DNA of 32,000 nucleotides from Candidatus Lokiarchaeum ossiferum (GTDB lineage Archaea > Asgardarchaeota > Lokiarchaeia > Sigyniarchaeales > Promethearchaeaceae): NCBI GenBank assembly GCA_025839675.1, contig CP104013.1, forward strand, positions 1,380,001-1,412,000. The letters are read 5' to 3'. Positions 25,968-32,000 of this stretch are shown piece by piece. A program made the position numbers and the translations under genes. The notes beneath the pieces are model-generated. The model was not told where the DNA came from. It did not search any database and worked only from the letters and a program-made list of their open reading frames with translations. Every line of letters begins with the position of its first letter. Within the stretch, counting starts at the first letter, position 1.

Positions 25968-26130
25968 TTTTTCTTATTCTCCAAGATTTTTCGAATTAAA
26001 AATCTGTTTATACTATCAAAATAATGAATTGTCTATATAAAATTTTTCCAACATTAGTACATATTTAGGGCATTTTTATAGCTTCCAAATACATTTTTAA
26101 TTTTGAAAAATTAATAATAGTGATTTTAAA
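25968..26130. promoter_or_regulatory. Divergent promoter region between the precursor gene (minus) and the TPR gene (plus)
   Basis: 163 bp of AT-rich spacer with several TATA-like elements (CTATATAAAA at 26032-26041, TTTTTATA at 26073-26080, GTTTATAC at 26006-26013). Assigning them to either gene is a guess. Confidence 0.3.
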
Positions 26131-28392
26131 TTGTTAACTGATTTTGATGGACACAAGATTCGTTTTTCAAATGAATTAAAAAAAAAAATTGAACTGAAAT
26201 ATAAAGATATAGTGAATCATGATATCACACACCAATATCGCGAGAAATTTAATATATTATCCGATTTGACACTTCAAAATAAACGAGATGAAACCGAAAT
26301 TGCATATTTAAAGGCAAAATATGCATATATCTTGTATGAAATGCAGTATTTTGAATCCAATCCGCATTTTAAAAATAGAAAAGTAATCTTCCAAAATGAT
26401 AATATTGGTGAATTAATTTGGTATCTAACTTATTTATGTTCCAGAAAAATTACTCCAGAGGTAGACGAAATTCATGATTATTTAAAAGAGAAATTGGAAC
26501 ATTCAACAGATAACCTTCTTAATCTTGAATTTCTATATCCTCATTTCTTAATATTAAGTGATCAGCGTAAATTTTCACATGTATTTGATGAATTTTTGAA
26601 TATCAAGTCGGAAATTCTTCTTCTTTCAGAAGAATTTAGATTAACAAAAGCATTGCTCTATTCTTGTGCAATAAATATTATACCTTATATTGAAAAAGAA
26701 TCAGAAATAATCGATGAAATTTTTGTTGAAATAGAAAAAGTAATTAATTTTCAAAAAGACCTTTTTGGATATTGTGAGATTCAAAGATATTTAATTAGTA
26801 CAGAATTATTATCTCCTGAAAAAGAGGAAACTAATCGCAATCAACTCAAAAAATTACTTTCTTATTATTTTGGGATTGGAACTAAGCTCATTCAAATGAA
26901 AGTTACAATGAATTTAGGACTTCTTGATTATTATAATGAGAATTATATTTCGAGCGTGAAATATCAACAACAGGCACTTCAATTAGCCAAAGATTTAAAA
27001 AGTATTAAATTTCAATCTTATATATCCTATTTGACTGGATTATCACTAGTTAAGTTGGGGAATTATTTGGAAGCTAAGCAACATTTTTTATCAGCTCTGG
27101 AAGGAAATCGTCTTCAAGCAAATGAAATTCAAATAATTAATATTTTCGAAGCATTAGGAAATCTGTCAGAAGATATAGGTCAATTTGATAAGGCAGAAGA
27201 ATTTTATAATTCCGAAATTGAACTTGCTAAAAAACATAATGTTTTATCATCTATTGCTGCAGGGAACTTGAATTTAGCAATATTAAAGCTTTCTCAAGGA
27301 AATCTTTTAGAAGTCTTGAATTTATTACAGGAAGCAAATCATTATGCTCAAGATACATCCATGGATAATTTTATTCTTTCCATTATTAGTTATCAAGCTA
27401 AACTTTCATTTATGCAGGGAAATTATCAGAAATCATTAACATTATTAGAAAAAGGAAAAGAAAAATTAAACCAAAATTCATCTCCCGATGAATTGGCAAA
27501 TTTTTACCTTCATGAAGCAGAAATACGATTGGGAATTGGTCAAGTTAATATTTCAAAAAAAATCTTACTCTCAGTTTACAATAAACAAGTTCGGGGGGAA
27601 TCATTATCAACTTTTAGTGAAATTAATGAAATTCTTGGATCAATTCATTTCTTTGAAAATAAAACAGATGAAGCAAAAAAAATACTCATCGAAACTTATG
27701 AAAAATTGGCAGAAAAGGGATCTTTTGGAGGTATTTTCCAATCAGTTTTGGTACATCTCCTCGAATTTTGCATGATTAACAAAGATGAAAAAGAATACAA
27801 CAATTGGAAAGACATAATGATGAGCCATTTAGGTACCCATAAAATTTCATTGTTATATGGAAATCAAATAAAACTCATATTTTTAGAATTAATGCATAAA
27901 TACAATTCAAATTCCTTAGATCTCACAGCCTTAAATGATTTTGAGACCACTTTGAAAGAAAAACAATTTCTAAATCTTAAGTATAAAGTGAACTTGCTCA
28001 AAATTCGTTTTTTAGTTGACTCAGATCAAATCAAACAAGCGCTTGGTGTTATTCAACAGCTTGAATGCTCAATCGCAGACAATCCTAACTTAATCTTCGA
28101 AATTGAAATAAAACTCATTCAAGGATTAATATTAAGTCGAGATTTTGATTTTGAACAAGCACGAGAAAAAATATCTTCATTAACAAGTTTATTACAAAAA
28201 TATAATCTGAAAAGATATATTGATCGGCAACAAGAAATCACCGATTTAATTCAAAAACATTGTGAATTATTTTCAGATATATATGATTTCTCTGAGCAAA
28301 AAGACACTCAAAATAGGCAAAAAGAAAATTTGAAGGTACCATTGAATGTTATTCATCAATATTTAGATGAATCTATTAAGATCTTATCTTAG
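26131..28392 (+). CDS. Large TPR-repeat protein
   Basis: 753 aa with repeated TPR-like units (NYISSVKYQQQALQLAKDL, GNYLEAKQHFLSALE, GQFDKAEEFYNSEIELAKK, QGNLLEVLNLLQEANHYA, QGNYQKSLTLLEKGKE). I found no Walker A motif. The start is TTG at 26131, and the first in-frame ATG is at 26341. Confidence 0.7.
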   Translation: MLTDFDGHKIRFSNELKKKIELKYKDIVNHDITHQYREKFNILSDLTLQNKRDETEIAYLKAKYAYILYEMQYFESNPHFKNRKVIFQNDNIGELIWYLTYLCSRKITPEVDEIHDYLKEKLEHSTDNLLNLEFLYPHFLILSDQRKFSHVFDEFLNIKSEILLLSEEFRLTKALLYSCAINIIPYIEKESEIIDEIFVEIEKVINFQKDLFGYCEIQRYLISTELLSPEKEETNRNQLKKLLSYYFGIGTKLIQMKVTMNLGLLDYYNENYISSVKYQQQALQLAKDLKSIKFQSYISYLTGLSLVKLGNYLEAKQHFLSALEGNRLQANEIQIINIFEALGNLSEDIGQFDKAEEFYNSEIELAKKHNVLSSIAAGNLNLAILKLSQGNLLEVLNLLQEANHYAQDTSMDNFILSIISYQAKLSFMQGNYQKSLTLLEKGKEKLNQNSSPDELANFYLHEAEIRLGIGQVNISKKILLSVYNKQVRGESLSTFSEINEILGSIHFFENKTDEAKKILIETYEKLAEKGSFGGIFQSVLVHLLEFCMINKDEKEYNNWKDIMMSHLGTHKISLLYGNQIKLIFLELMHKYNSNSLDLTALNDFETTLKEKQFLNLKYKVNLLKIRFLVDSDQIKQALGVIQQLECSIADNPNLIFEIEIKLIQGLILSRDFDFEQAREKISSLTSLLQKYNLKRYIDRQQEITDLIQKHCELFSDIYDFSEQKDTQNRQKENLKVPLNVIHQYLDESIKILS

Positions 28393-28409
28393 AGAAATTA
28401 CCAAGCGTG

Positions 28410-28419
28410 TTTTTTTTTT
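28410..28419 (+). terminator. T10 run 18 nt after the TPR gene stop
   Basis: GCGTG followed by T10, read directly. Confidence 0.35.
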
Positions 28420-28517
28420 ATACCCACTTTATTCCAATTTATTATGCTACTTCTGGTTTATTCCAATAAAAATATAAAAAAATGGAGGATAAATAGCAAT
28501 TTATATTAATATCTAAT

Positions 28518-29264
28518 TTAAGAAAAACAAAAATCAGTTAACTGAGAGATATTTTTTTGAAAGATAGCATTATCCTTCAAAATGTGTTTTCCCTGAGCAA
28601 TATTGAAAGCGATTTCGTCATAATAATTCATATAAAGAAAATTAGCAATCTTCATTTCCGATGAAAATTTTTTTTCCCAATTCGAAATTAGGCCACCCAT
28701 TGCATCTACATTTGGAATTTGGTTCCAGAAAACAGCAAATTCTTTTCCTAAAGCAAATGTTTTTTGATAAACATCTTGAACCATCTTTAAAGTACCTTTA
28801 AAATTGTTTAATTCTGCTCGTAAAATTAAAACAATTTTATTTGCGATTAAGCCATTATTAATTTGAATAAATCCCCATCCTGGACTGGAATCAATTATAC
28901 AATAATCAAATTGAGAGGATAGATTTCGTAAGTCACCTAAAAATAATTTCAATCGTTTTCCATGATAAGATTGGTCAACAGAAAAAACTTTATCATTGAG
29001 AGAAAAATTATAACCACAACAAATGACTGAAAATCCATGATTAGTTTTTGAGATTGCCTTGGATAAATCACAATTACCTTCATAATAGTCGTTAAAAGTA
29101 AATTTTGGGTTTACTTTCAAAATTTCAATAAATGAGGGCATACTAATATCAGTTTCAATTAATAATACCCGCTTATTTTTATTTGCTAAATTCGTTGCAA
29201 GGTTAAGTGCTATTAGAGATTTACCAGTTCCCCCGCGAAATGAATGTACTGTTATTCTTTTCAT
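28518..29264 (-). CDS. ParA/MinD-family P-loop ATPase
   Basis: Deviant Walker A HSFRGGTGKS (nt 29217-29243), ETD switch-like LLIETD, and Walker B CIIDSSPG. 248 aa. Confidence 0.8.
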   Translation of the reverse strand: MKRITVHSFRGGTGKSLIALNLATNLANKNKRVLLIETDISMPSFIEILKVNPKFTFNDYYEGNCDLSKAISKTNHGFSVICCGYNFSLNDKVFSVDQSYHGKRLKLFLGDLRNLSSQFDYCIIDSSPGWGFIQINNGLIANKIVLILRAELNNFKGTLKMVQDVYQKTFALGKEFAVFWNQIPNVDAMGGLISNWEKKFSSEMKIANFLYMNYYDEIAFNIAQGKHILKDNAIFQKNISQLTDFCFS

Positions 29265-29405
29265 AAATTTATCACCAAAGAATATTTGATGCGGATTATT
29301 TTTTTAATGATTATTTAAATGGACACAATTGTATGAAGTTGGAGTCAAAATCGGGTTCATTTATTGAGAAATTAATTTATACCTTTATATTCTTATGGGT
29401 ATTGA

Positions 29406-30005
29406 TTATGGAATCCAATATATTTTCTCCCCCTTATAATCCATACTCTCAATATATCCATCAGCTATAAGAAGGTCTAAACCAGCGAGAATAATATTTT
29501 CTTCCCTCTTTGTATTTTCGATTATGTTCTTTAGGGTTATTTTACCAGAATTATCATCTAATTCGACTAGTATCATTGCAATTTCTCGACAGAAAGGATT
29601 TAAATCCGTTAAAATTTCATAAAGATTTTCCCGTAAATTCTTGCGCTCTTTGTCAATTTCATTTAGAAAATTAGAAATGGAAGTATCTACAAATTGCTGT
29701 ATTGTTTTAATGGAATATTTTTTTCGAAATGAAGGAGAATTGATATTTTTCGTTATAGAATTTGCGAGATCCTTCTCTAAATAAATATTATACACATCAT
29801 AGAGAGTATTGGTTTTGCGTATTGCATCGCGAATAACGTTAGTATTTTGAATATTTTGGACGCTTGTACTATTTTTCACAGCAATTTTTTCCTTCAAAGA
29901 TTGAAAGTGCACAAGATCGTCATCCTTCAAATCAATTCGAACAATAATTTTCGAATTTGAGAGGTCTTTATCCACAGGTTTTTTGGCCAATTTTTTCCCT
30001 TCCAT
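29406..30005 (-). CDS. Hypothetical protein, possibly DNA-binding (RHH-like N-terminus, wHTH-like C-terminus)
   Basis: KIIVRIDLKDDDLVHFQSLKEKI ... NVIRDAIRK has a strand-helix-helix pattern. The C-terminal ILAGLDLLIADGYIESMDYKGEKIYWIP resembles a recognition helix plus wing. This is pattern only; I recognise no family. Confidence 0.4.
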   Translation of the reverse strand: MEGKKLAKKPVDKDLSNSKIIVRIDLKDDDLVHFQSLKEKIAVKNSTSVQNIQNTNVIRDAIRKTNTLYDVYNIYLEKDLANSITKNINSPSFRKKYSIKTIQQFVDTSISNFLNEIDKERKNLRENLYEILTDLNPFCREIAMILVELDDNSGKITLKNIIENTKREENIILAGLDLLIADGYIESMDYKGEKIYWIP

Positions 30006-30172
30006 AAATTATGTAAGTAAAGGTCATATTGATATATAAATATGTTACAATAGTACGATAGATTTTTGATGGAAGCATAATTTGTACTAAGTTCATACCT
30101 TTCACCCCATAAGAAAATTACTAAAAAAAAACCAATTAACTAAAAAAGAGAAAATTTGAGGAATAAAAGAAA

Positions 30173-31456
30173 TTATTCATATCGAATTGAATCAATTGGA
30201 GATAATCTAGCAGCTTTACGTGCTGGGATAAATCCAAAGAAAACTGAAATACAAAGTCCAAATAAAACAGTTTTAATAATCATTAGAAATGAAAAGATAG
30301 GAGAAAATTGGATATCAAGGGGAGAACTATTATTTTCATTACCACTAAGCTGCATATATGCAGAATCCCTATGATTGATGAAATTCGTTGCACCAAATGC
30401 GAATAAAATTCCAAGGGCTACACCCAAGATTGAACCTAAAAACCCAATTAATAAAGATTCAAATAGAAAAATACCAAAAATCTCTCGATCTTTAGTACCG
30501 AGAGCTTTTAAAATCCCAATTTCATGAGTTCTCTCCAGAACGGAAATCGTCATAACATTCATAATTCCAATTCCAGCAACAAGTAATGAGATTCCCCCAA
30601 TCGCAGCAAGAAACAAAGTAATTATTGTTGTTGCAGTATCTATAGTTCCACGCATTTCTTGTAAAGTTATAATGCCGACGTTTTCGCCAAATATTTCTTT
30701 GATTTCCAATGAAACAGTAGAAATAGTTTCATTGGAATCATCAGTGAGCTTAACTAAAATCATAGAACATTCATCAGTTTTGAAAAGTTTTTCAGCAAAA
30801 TGAATGTCCATATAAATTGCATCATCAGAGGGAGCACCAAAAGTATCATATGTTCCGATAAATTCTAAGACTCCACTAATTTGTTGTGAAGAACTATAAA
30901 TTTTTGTTGAGGAAGATGTCCGTTCAGCCCATTGTAACGTCAAATTATCACCAATATTTCCGATCGAACTTTCATTCCCCCAAGGAAAAAAGAAATCATG
31001 ACCCAAAATAATAGAATCATTCAGCGTTTCAAGTCCAGACCCATTTCTGAATTTAAAAGTATTAGGATAAAGCTGAGAATATTTTTCAAAATCAATCCCA
31101 TATACAACCGTCAACACATCTGTGCCATTTAAAGACAAATAAACCTGTTTTTGAAGCACCGCCACAGCAGTTTCTACTAAAGTAAGATTTTCAACCAATG
31201 AAGAATCGTTGATGTATAGGGAGACTTCAAAATCGGTTCGAGACATAATCGAAGTTTGCTTTGCTATAGTTATGGTATCTGTGGAAAATCCTTTATCAAA
31301 TTCATCATTTATGGTTTGTTCCAAACCTTCACCTAAAGCGAGTAAGGAAATAATAGCCGCAATACCAACCACAACACCTATAGTAGTAAACATAGCTCTT
31401 TTTTTACGGCTAATTAATGTAATTCCAGAATATCCAAGGATATCACGAATTTTCAT
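30173..31456 (-). CDS. ABC transporter permease, FtsX/MacB-type
   Basis: An N-terminal TM helix, a ~230-aa extracytoplasmic domain, then three C-terminal TM helices with EIGILKALGTKDREIFGIFLFESLLIGFLGSILGVALG (FtsX-like signature). The start overlaps the upstream ATPase stop by 4 nt (ATGA). Confidence 0.85.
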   Translation of the reverse strand: MKIRDILGYSGITLISRKKRAMFTTIGVVVGIAAIISLLALGEGLEQTINDEFDKGFSTDTITIAKQTSIMSRTDFEVSLYINDSSLVENLTLVETAVAVLQKQVYLSLNGTDVLTVVYGIDFEKYSQLYPNTFKFRNGSGLETLNDSIILGHDFFFPWGNESSIGNIGDNLTLQWAERTSSSTKIYSSSQQISGVLEFIGTYDTFGAPSDDAIYMDIHFAEKLFKTDECSMILVKLTDDSNETISTVSLEIKEIFGENVGIITLQEMRGTIDTATTIITLFLAAIGGISLLVAGIGIMNVMTISVLERTHEIGILKALGTKDREIFGIFLFESLLIGFLGSILGVALGILFAFGATNFINHRDSAYMQLSGNENNSSPLDIQFSPIFSFLMIIKTVLFGLCISVFFGFIPARKAARLSPIDSIRYE

Positions 31457-32000
31457 GTCATCTTCTCTCCATTTTGAGTATCATCTATTATTTGCCCATC
31501 TACAAGATGTAAAATTCGTTCACATTTTTGAGCAATTTCTTGATCATGAGTAACCATTATGGTTGTAATACCTTTTGCGTCATGAATTTTGCGAATTAAA
31601 CTCATTAGTTCATCCCGAGTTGTAGTATCGACATTTCCTGTTGGTTCGTCTAACAATAAAAAAAAAGGTTCTTGACCAAGGGCTCGTGCAATAGCAACGC
31701 GTTGTTGTTCGCCTCCACTTAATTCATTATTTTTATGCTTCACCCGATCTGAAAGCCCTACAAAAGATAATAATTCTAAAGCCTTTTGTTTACGTATCCG
31801 ATGAGAAAAATCACCTTGAACTGTCATAGCAAGTTCAACATTTTGGAGTGCTGTGAAACGAGGAACTAAATTTAAATTTTGAAATACAAATCCTATCCTT
31901 TGTCGTAATTTCGCTAATTCATTCCTCCTCATAATTGAAACCGGAATATTATTTATGAAAATTTCGCCTTCAGTTGGGAGGTCTAGGGCACCAATAAGAT
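31453..32000 (-). CDS. ABC transporter ATP-binding protein (MacB/LolD-like), 5' end beyond the window
   Basis: Q-loop IGFVFQNLNLVP, signature LSGGEQQRVAIARAL, Walker B FFLLLDEPTGNVD and H-loop VTHD. The frame stays open to nt 32000 (…LIGALDLPTEGEIFINNIPVSIM…), so Walker A lies outside the window. Confidence 0.9.
   Translation of the reverse strand, partial: LIGALDLPTEGEIFINNIPVSIMRRNELAKLRQRIGFVFQNLNLVPRFTALQNVELAMTVQGDFSHRIRKQKALELLSFVGLSDRVKHKNNELSGGEQQRVAIARALGQEPFFLLLDEPTGNVDTTTRDELMSLIRKIHDAKGITTIMVTHDQEIAQKCERILHLVDGQIIDDTQNGEKMT

Noticed and set aside
27488-27775. 95-aa alternative-frame ORF inside the TPR gene
   Set aside because: It is on the same strand but a different frame from a 753-aa ORF with repeated TPR units. 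It is a Lys-rich artefact of AT-rich sequence.
28428-28467. 11-bp direct repeat TTTATTCCAAT at 28428-28438 and 28457-28467
   Set aside because: There are only two copies, in a convergent 3' spacer of very AT-rich DNA. It is plausibly chance, with no flanking features suggesting att sites or a mobile-element boundary.
30156-31553. Plus-strand ORFs 30156-30374 and 31209-31553
   Set aside because: They are antisense to the ABC permease and ATPase genes, which have clear FtsX and ABC signatures.
1-32000. Scan for CRISPR arrays, tRNA/rRNA genes, transposases/integrases and long repeats
   Set aside because: I saw no regularly spaced repeats, no GC-rich structured segments in the intergenic regions, and no recombinase or transposase-like ORFs. 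The intergenic spacers are short and AT-rich.

Overview
AT-rich window that looks archaeal. The LeuRS is archaeal-type, genes are followed by oligo-T tracts, and many regulators are winged-helix (wHTH) types. Any lineage assignment is inference only. About 24 protein genes are tightly packed on both strands. I saw no rRNA, tRNA, CRISPR array or transposase.

The left two thirds (1-22.4 kb) is mostly housekeeping and catabolic. It holds leuS (5' truncated), a sodium:solute symporter, an ArsR-like regulator divergent from an ICMT-family methyltransferase, and a P-type cation ATPase. It also holds a DinB-like protein, two SAM methyltransferases, a tandem-wHTH regulator and a long-form urocanate hydratase that is a GC-rich outlier. 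The rest is an acyl-ACP-thioesterase-like hotdog protein, a membrane M28 peptidase, a GH2 beta-mannosidase, a DUF1624/HGSNAT-like membrane protein and a BI-1-like protein.

The right third (22.7-32 kb) is the interesting part and looks like an uncharacterised RiPP-type peptide-modification locus. It has a radical SAM enzyme with a textbook full SPASM domain and a PqqD-like C-terminal tail. This gene is convergent with a two-gene unit encoding a 74-aa peptide (12 Cys and 10 Asp in CxC/CDC repeats behind a leader-like N-terminus) and a polytopic HExxH membrane protein that also ends in a PqqD-like domain. Flanking these are a divergent 753-aa TPR protein, a ParA/MinD-like ATPase with a small DNA-binding-like partner, and a MacB/FtsX-type ABC transporter that is truncated at the right edge.
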